Below, piece by piece: positions 1 through 11,559 of a stretch of 35,902 bases of DNA; the stretch's first letter is position 1; each line of letters begins with the position of its first letter. The stretch spans positions 1 to 35,902 of the forward strand of contig MU271647.1 in the NCBI GenBank assembly GCA_021432655.1, in the 5' to 3' direction. The translations under genes and the position numbers were made by a program. The notes under the pieces are model-generated. The model made no database searches. It had not been told where the DNA came from and saw only the letters and a list, made by a program, of their open reading frames with translations. This DNA is from Atractiella rhizophila (Eukaryota).

Positions 1-102
1 TAACCCTAACCCTAACCCTAACCCTAACCCTAACCCTAACCCTAACCCTAACCCTAACCCTAACCCTAACCCTAACCCTAACCCTAACCCTAACCGTAAC
101 CG
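1..102 (+). repeat. Telomere: 15 perfect TAACCC repeats followed by two TAACCG variants (left chromosome end)
   Basis: Read directly: (TAACCC)x15 at 1-90, TAACCG x2 at 91-102, then TAAG. C-rich strand at the 5' end, as expected for a TTAGGG telomere. Confidence 0.98.
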
Positions 103-938
103 TAAGCCAGTCCTCATATGAGCCTGTGTCCAGAGCGTCATCCTCGTGACCTGTATTTAGCCAACTTGAACACTCCGAATAACAATAAATTTATTCTGTT
201 CATTTTCGCTGACACGAACCGGCAGAGTGACTTTGACGTTTTTACATCCCATTTTCATCTATTTTGACGGATTTTGGTCGCACTCCATCCAAACATTCGA
301 CTTCTTGCATCTTTTCAGGACCCGCTAGACGCTTTCACTTCCTCCCGCAGTTCCTTTGTATCAGTGTTCAGTCAACTCCACAACAATGTTACTCATCTTG
401 GCATAGGTGTTGGCGTGCCTAAAAACCCACGTAACCCATGCGCGAATTTCGCCTCAGGCTTTTCCCCTTGTCGGTGTGACGAGTCGAAATTGGCAGCAGA
501 CTGTACCTAGAGGAGCACGCTTAGGATGGAACAACACGGGCCGCGCTCCCAAGTCGTTCTTCCTTCCGAAATCTTCCTCGCTCCAATTTCTGACCACAGC
601 AAGTCGAGCTACTTCACAACTTGTTCCGAGGAGGAAGAGAGATATTGATTGAAGCCGCATTCGTTGCGCCGCGGAGAGAGTAGGTGGTGGGCTGGCGGAG
701 GACAGGGAGGGAAGAGCTAGTTGATCCCTCGATGTACGAGTGTTCGGCAGAATGTTCAGATGACGTGTTGGCCCTGATCAGGCCTGAATGGAGGGAACTC
801 CAGGAGCTACTACACAGGTAAATTGCATGGTTGATTGATGTGTTGATGTCAATGATCTTAAGAGCCAAACAAACAAAACACATGGTAGCGTCCGCAACTC
901 CGTCCACAAACAACTTAGCCAGTTTTGACCTGAGCGAA

Positions 939-2053
939 ATGGGAAGAGGTCCCAGTCCAGGGACATCTTATCGTGACAGAGACAGGGATGGAGACTGGGG
1001 AGAGCGGAAAAAGGATCACCGTGAAAGTGAGGGGAGGGGAAGGAGGAGCGTAGAGCGCGAGAAGGAGAGAGACCAGAAAAGGAGAGTGTACGTCATTCCA
1101 TACAGACCGAGAGCGGTCGTTCATATGTATTAGGGTCGCGTGAACGTCACAGCCACAGGGAGCGAGAGGGAAGAAGACGCTCTTGTTCTTGTTCCAGAGA
1201 AGGCCAGAGGCGGAGGGGGTATCCCGCTCCCTTCTACAGACAGAGACAGGAAGAGGAAACGTTCCCGATCGCCGGGTCTGTCTTTCCTTACCTCTGTTTA
1301 ATGTATCCTCATATTGAACCAAACCTGAACGGGCAGCAAGGCGCTCACGCTCTTCCTCTCTCTTCCACCTCACATCGTCGACTAAAGAAAGAGAAGAAGG
1401 AAAAACGACGTGTCAAAACTTCTGTGGAGCGCGCGGCGAGGAAAGAGAGGAAGAGGGAAGAAGGCTCGGAAGGAGGAGAAGAGGAGGAAGAAGGAAGGAG
1501 GGGGTGGGGGAGTGGAGTGGGGAAAGTATGGGGTTATTTCTCTCGTCCTCCTCCGTCCCTGCCTACCTTCTTCTTCTGGACCGTCAATGTTGGGGGATGA
1601 GAATTGATGGACATTAAGGGTGGAACAGATATATTCGAGAAGGAAGCAAAATTCAGGCTTTGGCTAGTCGAAGAACGGTTCATCAACCCCGAGACACTTC
1701 CAAAATCCAAAGAGCTCTTCCACACTTTCGTCGAAGACTACGACACCATCACTTTCTCCCACCCTCCAAATAGTACTCTCTCGCAAAGCACTCCGCCCAA
1801 CTCTCAGCGGTACAAATGGGGGAGTCACTCCTCTACGTCGGAGATGTACGACGAGAAGGCGGATGACGAGGCGTTGAGGAAGAGTTTCAGGAGGGGGAGA
1901 AAGGAGGAAGATAGTTTTTTGAGTCGGGAGGAGTTGGAACAGTTGAGGAGGATAGAGAGGGAAGATGGAGGGGTGGGGATGGATGTTAGAATAACCGTTC
2001 CGCATTGGCAAAGTTGGAATAGTTACGACAGCTCGCAGAGGGGTTATCACTGA
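939..2053 (+). pseudogene. Degraded intron-containing gene for a conserved RS/K-rich protein (WGKYGxI...FRxWLVEERxINPE...FVEDY family)
   Basis: ATG at 939 opens an R/D/E-rich exon. EWGKYGVIS lies in one frame and DIFEKEAKFRLWLVEERFINPETLPK...FVEDY follows an AACAG acceptor (~1628). Frameshifts at ~1455 and ~1760-1830, and an in-frame TAG in PSK*YSLAKH. Family recognised from memory; function uncharacterised. Confidence 0.7.
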
Positions 2054-5000
2054 AGGTATCACTGAAGGTTTGTCTTCCCTCTCCCTCCCACTTTAGCACT
2101 TCGGTTCATCTATTTCTTCAACCTTTTCTTATTTTTTAGAAGCTTTTTTGCCGTTTCTGCTATCATACCGTACAGATTGTTCATGACTTCTTTTGGAAGT
2201 TATGCGCCGATATCTAGTCCATGATAGCTGACTCATGGATTAAACAGACCTTATAGCGAACCTGCTCCCCAGATCTGAGTGCCCACAATCTCACTCTTGA
2301 CTTTCCATCTGACGCAGCCTTCTCATAGCTGTCAGCTCAATTTTTGCTCCAAAATATGGCCACCAACCCGCTCGCTCGCAAGCGGAGTATGTGGCGATCG
2401 GACGAAGGATGTTACTGCTACACAAGTTGGAATCAAAATATTGCTTGGTCTGTTTGAAAGGCAGGCATCCATACCCACAGCCTTAAATCATGGCTCGATG
2501 CTCCTTCGTTTCCGGCGTTGTAAAGACCAGTTGAATAAATTGTTCGCTGTCGACGTTCCCTTGCGGATAGACGGTCTACTCCCTGAGGGCAAAGAGGACG
2601 CATGAGGGAGTTCAGAGGCCTGTAGTCATTTCGGGGTAGAAGTAAGCCTCTGCATCACGAGCCATGACGGAAATTCCCCTTCCTCTTCCCTCTTCCATTC
2701 TTAAGGCAGCGAGCGAGAAGGCAGTAAAGCGTTCTGAAGCATTACTATTGCCACGTCCCACAGGGCTGTCGCTGATTTAAAGAGAGGAGGATGGATGTCA
2801 TTCGATCGAGGTGCCTTCAAAATCATCTTCTTCCCCACAAGAAGACCTGATATGAGAGTAATGCTTGAATCTTGCAGGGAAACGGTTCGAATCGCCTTCG
2901 GATGGTCAGTTCATTGAGCGGCTGAATGCAACCACGTTGTCATTTTCCTCTTGTGTTAGGAAAGGAAGTGGCACAAACGATGATGTCGTCGTTTGATGCT
3001 CTCGCCTTTGCCACATAGGTGATTATCCTCTGGCTGCCGGCAATGCTGACACGAAGGTGTGAGTCGTTCCCTTTCGAATACGCGACAGAGTCAACCATCC
3101 TGCACCATCGCATGGCAAGGAATCAGCGTGGTGAACACAACATAGCATGAAAGTGAGGAAGACGCACCACTTGGTCGATTTGCATAACCATTCGCTTCCA
3201 TCTCCCCATGCCACACATGGCGCCGCTCAATCATTGTCACATCACATCACCCTCGCTAGGAGCCCTAGTTCAGTACGATATCAACTCTCCCATACCAACT
3301 ATCATCTCAACTCTTTCCCTCCTCGGGACCATTCTTCAAACCTTCTTCATCCTCTTTTACTTCCCCTTTTTCCGACATCAGTCGTCCGTCTCCACGTGTA
3401 CTCCCACATTCCACCCATCCTTCTCCCCCTGCTGCATTCCGGAAACTTGCCAGACCACTCACTCCTAACAAAGACATGAGAGAGTGAGGCAACATGCCCT
3501 TTACCGAATATCCCAGGTGGTTCCTCCCAGCAGGCGAGGGCAGCCGGAGAGATGATTGTCGAAGAGGAGAGATGGACGCTCGACGCATTCCTCGCTACTT
3601 TATCAAAGCAGAAGGAGGGAGCTAGCAGATAGGGAGGGACGGGATTTGGCGGACAGGATGGTTAGGAGAAGGGAGGTCATCATGCGAATGTCCTCCAGAG
3701 AACCCCGTTGAACGGTTATGTGATGCGCGCAGGCGAACGAGGAGAGAGACGGTACGCTCTCCACCACTGCCCTCGCTCCGGTCCTCACCTTCTCCTCCTC
3801 GGGATGTGCACATGGCTTGAAACAGAACCTCAACCTCTTGTCACGAAACCGACTTCGACAACCCATCTCCCTCCTCGCCCTTCTTATCTTCCCTCTGCGG
3901 CATGCTCTGACCAGCTTTCCGCTGACTGCTCCAGCCGCTCTATCTAACGGATATTGAAGAAGGAGGAAGGAATGGAAGATGGGGGGTGATGCGGCATTTG
4001 CTCTTGTGCGACGCGAGTCGATATTTCCAAGGGGCCTTAAAGGCCTTTGCTGTATGTCGGGTGGTGGTACGTCAAAGAAAGCGAAAGCGAAGGAGATGGC
4101 GACAGGGGACATGACGGAGAAGCTGGATGGGTGGAGGTGAAATTTGAGTGCAGTATGGAGAGAGGTGGGGCTTGGTGAGGAGTAGGAGAGTGGTTTGTAC
4201 TTGCGCAGCGGGAGTGTGTCCCCATGCAGGAGGTGAGAGGGGCGAAGAGGAGCCATGCATCGTGCAGGGAATGAAGGGAATGGCTGCAGTGGAACAGGTT
4301 GCGGTCAGGACGGTCGACGAGGCTTACTCGGATTCCGCCGATTCCACCGTTTAGCGGTCCTTGATCATGGCCCGCAAATTGAATGACATAGTCGATCCTC
4401 TGTGCCGCATTCGAGTTAGCCGCTCCATTCACCCCTCCCCTCGATCTTCCTCGATCTTCCCTCCCTATTTCGCTCCTCCGAGCACCTTCCCCGCATTGTA
4501 CGCCTGATTCCAGCGCCGCACCGACTCGTCTTCAGTCGCCATTCTCCTCCACACGCCTCACCTTTCTCTCAAGCGAGTCAGCGACAACACAGCGCACTGC
4601 ATCCCACGTGCGGCCAGAGGCCAGAGGGGGTAAGGAGGCAGCGCAGACGGTGTCGAAAGCTGAAAGAAGACGGCGGACGATGCGTTTGATGCTGTCAATA
4701 AGAATCGGTCGAACTGCCACGCTTGCGGCGAAAGGAAAGCTGGATGTGGCCCTTCATAGCTAGACCACCCCCTTTTTTCAGCATCATCCTGCAATCATAG
4801 CCATCCCTCACACAATGATTGTCTCCAAGCCCAACCTTGAGAATGGTCCTGCAACCCTGAAAAATCCCGACCTGAGTGCTGGTGGTTGGGAAGCAATTGG
4901 CATCGCATTTTGAAACTGTGAGTGACGCATTGCACAATCGTTGCGAATGCTCCGCATTTTGAGGCGTTGCCAATGGTTTTGACAGCGTTGGGACCGCATT

Positions 5001-5308
5001 TCCCAACTGTTGCTAGAACATTGGGAAATGTGGAAACATTTCAATAATGGACAGCTATCTGTCAATATTGCTGCAACGGTTGGGACAGTGGTCGGACGGT
5101 TATGCTTGAGGCGTATTTGGGTCTGGGACAGCATGAAGTGACATGGTTCGTCAATTTTTTATTATTAAGGCCCATTTTGTATGCGTTCCCTTCACATTCC
5201 TTCTCATTTATTGCAGCTTGCTAATTCTTTGGCAGCCCAGGGCGGAACTGCACATCATGCTTACTATCCTAGCAACTGGCCAAACTTCCCGGAAACCTTC
5301 AGAACAAT

Positions 5309-5770
5309 GTGCTTCCCATCGTCCCCAAAGAAGATGTGCGAGAGGCCCTCCAATCTCTCATAGGCTACTACGCTTCTCGATCATCCGACCTGCGCACGGA
5401 CTGGGAAAGCATCCTTGAAGACTGTAGAGCATGGGCTGTCGGTGCCTTGGGTCTTGAGCAAGCACCTGAGCTATCTCATGCAATTCTTGCAGAAGCTTGG
5501 CATGAGAGGTTCTGGTGGTGGAAGATCGTCGAATGGATACTCGTCTCGAATCTAATAGTGGATTTGGACGTGGAGGCAATTTTGGAGGACAGCGCAGTGG
5601 ATACGGTAGCAGGGACGGGCAGCAGTGTGGGGGGAACGGAAATTGTGGGAAAGGAGGATACGCACAGGTTGGATTCGGTGGTAGAGCAGGGTTTGGGCAG
5701 CAGGGTGGATATGGGAGACGAGAGGGACATGGCAGTCCCTGTTCGAGTAAACAAAATGGGTCAGATGTAA
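5309..5770 (+). CDS. Hypothetical protein exon (153 aa open frame, ends at a GTAAGT donor)
   Basis: Protein-like composition and a plausible intron at ~5767-5817. No recognisable domain. Confidence 0.3.
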   Translation: MLPIVPKEDVREALQSLIGYYASRSSDLRTDWESILEDCRAWAVGALGLEQAPELSHAILAEAWHERFWWWKIVEWILVSNLIVDLDVEAILEDSAVDTVAGTGSSVGGTEIVGKEDTHRLDSVVEQGLGSRVDMGDERDMAVPVRVNKMGQM

Positions 5771-6179
5771 GTCACGACTATCTCTCAGCGTACGTTAAAT
5801 TGACGTTGACAGTATAGATTAAACCCCACTCTCACGCACTTTTCATAGATGTCTTTAATGCATCATGCTCTTCGTCATTCGATGGATATTTATTCGTTAA
5901 TGGTTCGCCCATCTTCCGGGAGCTGTATCATACACCTTACTCATGCTGCAAATGGTCGCAAACATAATAATCAGTCCCTTCAACGAGACTTCTGCTCATG
6001 AATGTCGCACAGTAAATAAATCAGCAAGAACACAAATGCCATTTTTTTTTGCAGAACGTTGAAGTTCTTACTATACAAAAAGTTGACGTTTCATTGTTCA
6101 TCCAACTCCTACACCGACTGAAAGCCTTGCAACCACAATTTTCTACATTTGAACGAAATCCACGGTGAATCTACTGCTT

Positions 6180-7183
6180 CTACTCATGTCTGGTCAAAGT
6201 GGACGAATCCTATTCTTATGGTCAACAATAGTCCTTCAAAGAAGCCAGACAATACTCACAGGAATTCCAGGAAGCGGGAAAGAGATTGTGAAAGCCTCGA
6301 CTTCCTCCTTCAATTCCCTAATCATCCTTGTGCCATCTCCGTTCCCTTCAGCGGTCTTCAAGAAGTCCTTTAACAACTTGCTCTTTCCCGTTTCCTTCTG
6401 TACAGTTTCTGCAATCTTGACCACTCGAATCAAGAACTCGGCAACCTTCTCCATATCCTTCTCCATGATGCTCCTGCTTGTCAAACTGTTGCTTCCGATC
6501 CTAACCCTCCAGGAGTCTGAGCCGACTTGTCACCAGCATCGGCATTCTTGTTCAGCGTGATGTGGACGAGATCGCCAAGCTTTTCGAACCTGGAACCGGT
6601 GATACCGAGAGGACAAAGGTCCTAAAGGATGAGGGGATTGTCGGATCCGTCTCTCTGGAGCTTGTAGCCTTGAGCGGTGAGAGTGTTGCCCAACACGTTC
6701 GTGTTCTTGATGATCTGCGAGGCATATTCTCGGAACTCTGGTGTTGAAGCTTGACGAAGAGCGACGGCGACAGCAGCGATGGTCTGCCACCCGAGTTAAT
6801 CGAGGGAAACAAATGAGAGGTGATCTCACGTTGTTGTGAGGACTTCATTGGCAAGCAGGGAACACAGCTTCGTTAACACAGCGCTCGATTTCAGGATCCT
6901 TGTCCTTCCGGAAGAAGATCGAACCAGCTCTCGGACCCCTCAGAGTCTTGTGTCTATCGCAATATTAACAAACATATCAGGCACTCCTGAAGAAAGACTT
7001 ACGTGGTAGTGCAGTCAACGTCACAGTACTGGAAGGGCCGTGACGAGACCGGAAATATGTGCCCTATCGCTCAATCAGGTACACACCTTCGCTGTCAGCG
7101 ATCTTCCTCAACCGTTCGTGCTCCCAGTCATGAGGATAAGCTGATGCTCCACACATGATCACTCGAGGTTTAAATTGACCGGC
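6180..7183 (-). pseudogene. SHMT: Serine hydroxymethyltransferase pseudogene (C-terminal part, 5'-truncated, introns retained)
   Basis: Minus-strand translation across frames gives FKPRVIMCGASAYP, AHISGLV, PFQYCDV, the PLP motif T|HKTLRGPRAG, NEAVFPACQ, HNN|TIAAVAVAL, ITLNKN, TPGG..IGS..LTSR and FPLPG. Introns at ~6954-7002 and ~6784-6829. Several stops, frameshifts and deletions. Confidence 0.93.
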
Positions 7184-7991
7184 AAAGAGTCCATTCATAC
7201 TTATGAATGACTGCTACCATACAGATCCAAGTCCACAGTAAGTTTAGGACTCTCCTTCAACCACTCCATGCAAGCAAATAGCAAGAACTTACCTGATGCC
7301 TGCATTCCCTCGTCCACTCCCTCGCTAGTTGACAAACCTGCATAGTTGCTGCTTAGGCCTGAGAAAGGAGGCGGTCGGAGATATGATGTCAAAACGACGA
7401 GGAACCAAATAAGGCGGAAACGACAAACTTAACAATTCCTCACCTATCACCTTTTCTACACGTGTCAAACTTCTTCTGTTGCTTTAGGGATATAGCAAGT
7501 GGGTTTAAGGACGATTTTTTTCACTTTGAACGCGCTTTTTACTCTGGGTCACCAAAGTTTCACTTTTGGGGGACCGTTTTTTCGACGCGTTTTTTTCGAC
7601 AATTTTGAGTATTTCGACTTCGGTCCGACTTCTATGGGGAGAGGAATAATCCTTATGTGGGAATTTTTTTTTGGTTATTGGAGGTGGAATTAGGCAAAGA
7701 AAGTGCGTTTTTTCAGTCCTAAATTGGCGAAGGGAGGGTGGCGTAGAGACTTCAACGGAGCATTGATTTGTGTCCAAGTGTCGCGTCAATTCACTGCGTT
7801 GAGCAACATTGAATCCAGGAGAACTGTTCTGCTGCCAAAAACGCGCCACTTTCCAGTTAAGAGCTTGGAACTGAGGACTTACAATTTTTCGAAGTACTTC
7901 CCGCTCTCTGACCTCCTCAGGCTTCTGACTTTGCATTCTGTATGGTTAGTGGCACACGTCAACTGACCTTCTCAATGCTCATTTAATCTTG

Positions 7992-9107
7992 ATGGATCGT
8001 CTGGACGACATGGTCACCCGTCTCCTGTGACGAGCGAAGGAACGCCATGGTCGAGGAATCCAAGCGCCAAAAGAGTCACAGTCGTTGGACTTGATGAAAG
8101 GAATTCTATTGTGGAAGTACCTTGGGGTGAGGCCTTGGTGGAGGGTGAATCACTGGATCAAGAGTTCGAGCAGCTTATGGTATGTATTCCATCTTCGATC
8201 CACATCGTGTTATCTCATGCTTCCGCTACAGGATACATTGGGCATTAAAGGACGCCAACGAATAGCCATGCGACAACTTAGCCCGGAGAGGAAACGATTC
8301 TTGATACATTCTCAAAGCAAACTACAACACCAAGGTTCATCGTCAGTGTCCAAACCAACATCAGAACACTTCACCTCGTCGGCACAACCACTGGCAACAA
8401 CCATTTCAAACGCCTCTCCCTCGTGACCATCGGCTGGTCGAGCACGGACAGCCCACCTCTCTTCCGCCGAAGCGGGCACTTCATCTCCTGTCGTGGAGAC
8501 ACCTACTGCAAGCTCCATTCGCCCAATCAGTCCTGTTGCTGCCCAAACTTCAACGGCACCAACCTCGCTTTGGTCATCTTGGTGGGCTGGCTCTGTGCCA
8601 GCCCTCACAATACTGGAAAAGATGTGGAGGAAAATGCGCAAGATACGCCTGCTTTCTATGGAAGCAGCTATGGTCTGGGTATATATTGCGCTCACCTTGG
8701 TTTAAGTACACCTCTGGTCATGTAATTATAGAAAAATCTCACAACGCAGCCTAGTCAAGCATCTCATCGCTCTTCGTGTCCGGCTGTCGACGGCGCAGCT
8801 CTCCTGGACCAAGAGATTTCTTGAAGATGAGAAGTGCTTGGACGCTTTTAATTCGGTTTTGGAGAAGATCACGGTTAAAAGCACATCCAAGTGAGCCCAT
8901 TGTCATAGTTCTGCCTTTGTCTGACAACACGTTAAGGAAGGAAGAGCTGACAGATCTGGACGAGACTGTTCAAATCGAATGCATCAAGTGTTTAAGGGTT
9001 CTGATGAACACGGAGGTAAATGGTTCTTTTAATAGGCTGTGTTTTGTCTCACCTCATTTCAGGTTGGATTTGACACTGTCGTCGTTCATCCCACCTTGTA
9101 CATTGCC
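7992..9107 (+). pseudogene. Formin-type GTPase-binding domain (Drf_GBD-like) gene fragment, 3'-truncated by element A
   Basis: Spliced translation LDQEFEQLM|DTLGIKGRQRIAMRQLSPERKRFLI ... LVKHLIALRVRLSTAQLSWTKRFL ... ECIKCLRVLMNTE|VGFD matches the GBD armadillo region. GT-AG introns at ~8180-8231 and ~9015-9062. Frameshifts present. Coding similarity stops abruptly at 9108. Confidence 0.8.
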
Positions 9108-9245
9108 TGAAAACGTCCCCAGTCGATAGGTTATCGACACTGGTGTAGAGGGGGTCACTGCAGGGCAATTTCGCTCAAAACGTCCCCAGTCGATAGGTTA
9201 TCGACACGGGTGTAGAGGGGGTCTGGACAGCGCAATTTTGCTCCA
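9108..9245 (-). repeat. Left 67-bp array of element A copy 1 (2 units, inverted relative to the right array)
   Basis: GTCGATAGGTTATCGAC at 9122 and 9189 (67-bp spacing). The reverse complement aligns with the units at 10323-10855. Confidence 0.9.
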
Positions 9246-9586
9246 AACATTCTAATCTCTTGCTCATCACCAAAGGTGGCTAATGAGGATGTGGCGACAA
9301 AGTTCATATATACATGCAATTTCCATATGAATGATATATCACTCCCACAGAGGTGCTCTAGCTCTATATGCTTCACATGAAAAAATGTTCCTGCAAATCA
9401 CCCTCATCATTGCATGTTTTACAATCTCGCTCACACTCATGTTACAATTACTAGAAGATGTAAAAATTACAAAGGGTTCAGAATAGCGTAACATGCGCCT
9501 GTCTTCCTGAAAGTTTCAGCAATGATCTTGTTCACTGGCACTAAAACTGTTATTGATCATCTGTTTATCGTCATATTTGACCATAA

Positions 9587-10043
9587 TGTTAGGGCTGACA
9601 CTATGTGCGGTCGCCGATGGGCGATGCGTCTGTAGTGGAGATAAACCTAAGAGCATGATATGACATGAAGATTAACCTGTAGTGGAGATAAACCTAAGAG
9701 AATACTCTAAGGTCCCCTCCACTACTATCTGATCTATATATACAAGCGGAATAACACTGCCACAGAGTGTGGAGGAGAGCAGATGAAACATGTAAGAGAA
9801 CTAAAAGGGGAAGTGACAGTGGGATTACGCGGAGTTAATAAGAGGACGTTAGGCACAATTGGGCTAAGTGGTAATGTAGGTGCAAATGGGCGAACGGGCG
9901 AACGGGCGCCGATTTGCACTGCGTGCAAATAGGCGACAGGAGACGCAGTGGCGACGGGCGCCAATTCGCAGGGAACGCAAATGGGCGATAAGAGACGCAA
10001 TCCGGCGAACGGGCGCCGATTTGCGTAAGATGCAAACCTGACA
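9587..10043. mobile_element. Solo LTR (457 bp) with 5-bp target-site duplication CATAA
   Basis: Termini TGTTAGG...CCTGACA, with CATAA at 9582-9586 and 10044-10048. The empty site (GACCATAATGATTCAAAAC) is seen in copies 2 and 3. Internal duplications and a TATA-like run at ~9735. Confidence 0.92.
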
Positions 10044-10322
10044 CATAATTATTCAAAACAAGCTCGTTAATAGCTCACATTTGTTCAATCATTCTTAACA
10101 TGTTTTCATTTTCATGGTATTACTATTAAACGGCTACATCATCTTGATCCTTTGTCATACATTCAAGTTTCTATATACCCCAAATTGATTCTACACAATT
10201 CAGCCCTCGCTTGCGAAAGTATACATCCAATGCATGCACTACTTTCAGCAGGGTATCAATCTATCCATCTCTGTAGCCAATCTTAAGCGGCTGCCTGGCT
10301 GTGTTTCATGAAACTTTGGTTC

Positions 10323-10855
10323 TCAGACCCCTCTACACGAGGTGTCGATAGGTTATCGACATGGAACACTTTCAATAAAATTGTACTCATGAGACCCCTC
10401 TATACGAGGTGCCGATAACCTATCGACATGGGACACTTTCAACAAAATTGCACCCCTCAGACCCCTCTACACGAGGTGTCGATAAGCTATCGACATGGGA
10501 CACTTTCAACAAAATTGTACTCATGAGACCCCTCTATACGAGGTGCCGATAACCTATCGACATGGGACACTTTCAACAAAATTGCACCCCTCAGACCCCT
10601 CTATACGAGGTGCCGATAACCTATCGACATGGGACACTTTCAACAAAATTGTACCCCTCAGACCCCTCTACACGAGGTGTCGATAACCTATCGACATGGG
10701 ACACTTTCAACAAAATTGCAACCCTCAGACCCCTCTACACGAGGTGTCGATAAACTATCAACATGGGCCACTTTCAACAAAATTGCACCCCTCAGACCCA
10801 TCTCTACCTGATGTCGATAACCTATTGATCTGGTGCAGTTTTGCAAAAATTGCAT
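10323..10855 (+). repeat. Right 67-bp tandem array of element A copy 1 (~8 units, central palindrome TGTCGATA-acc-TATCGACA)
   Basis: Units start at about 10323, 10390, 10457, 10524, 10591, 10658, 10725 and 10792 (last one degenerate). Confidence 0.95.
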
Positions 10856-11149
10856 TTATCGTTAATAACGTACAGAGAACAGATTTCTAAACTGCTATAA
10901 ATTCATTTTGCAACTTTGAATGTACTTTGTTTAATTGGACATATATGCCAAATATGAAGCAAAGCTCTCCAATGAAGCAAGGATTTCAATATATAAGTGT
11001 TTCAAGATGTCTTAGAGAGGACATTGCCTGTGCCTGCAACCGTTTATACGTACATGACATTTTGACTGGATTGTTATTCCTATCTATGGCAGGGTGCCAC
11101 CCTGGTCGACTAAGAGACAACAGTTTTGTAATGATGCTGTTTTTATTGG

Positions 11150-11545
11150 GGCAGGGTCGCACCTTGGGTGCCTAGGAGGCAAGGATATAGCCAGGATCCT
11201 GTTCCTGGCAGAGCAGTGTTGGAACCTGAGCGGCATGGAGGGGCAAGGATATAGCCAGGATCCTGTTTGTGACACAGGCAGGGTTGTACCCTAGGCAGCG
11301 AGGAGGCAAGGATGTAGGCAGAATCGTGTCCTGACACACGCAGGGTTGTACCCTAGGCGGCGAGGAGGCAAGGATGTAGGTGGGATCCTGTTCGTGATAG
11401 CATCAGGGTCGTACCCTGGGTGCCGAAGAGGCAAGGATGTAGCCAGGATCTTGTTCCTGACAGAGGTAGGGTTGTACCCTGGGCAGCCAGGAGGCAAGGA
11501 TTCACCCTGGATCTCATTCCTGAAAGAGGCAGGGTTGAACCCTAA
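11150..11545. repeat. ~63-bp GC-rich tandem array next to the element A tip (~6 units; palindromes CAGGATCCTG and AGGGT-tgt-ACCCT)
   Basis: GGCAAGGAT recurs at ~63-bp spacing. Equivalent arrays at ~23340-23613 and ~28450-28734. Confidence 0.9.
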
Positions 11546-11559
11546 AGTAGCCTTAGTAG

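Noticed and set aside
2279..4432. Several 60-217 aa ORFs on both strands
   Set aside because: No recognisable motifs or consistent exon chain. Possibly decayed gene fragments, but no call can be supported.
4870..5100. Imperfect inverted repeats (CAGCGTTGGGA/TCCCAACTG) suggesting a MITE
   Set aside because: No definable termini, TSD or second copy in the window.
10323..10855. CRISPR-like array (regularly spaced palindromic repeats)
   Set aside because: The sequence between palindromes is itself repeated, so there are no unique spacers. No cas genes, and the context is eukaryotic. It is a minisatellite.
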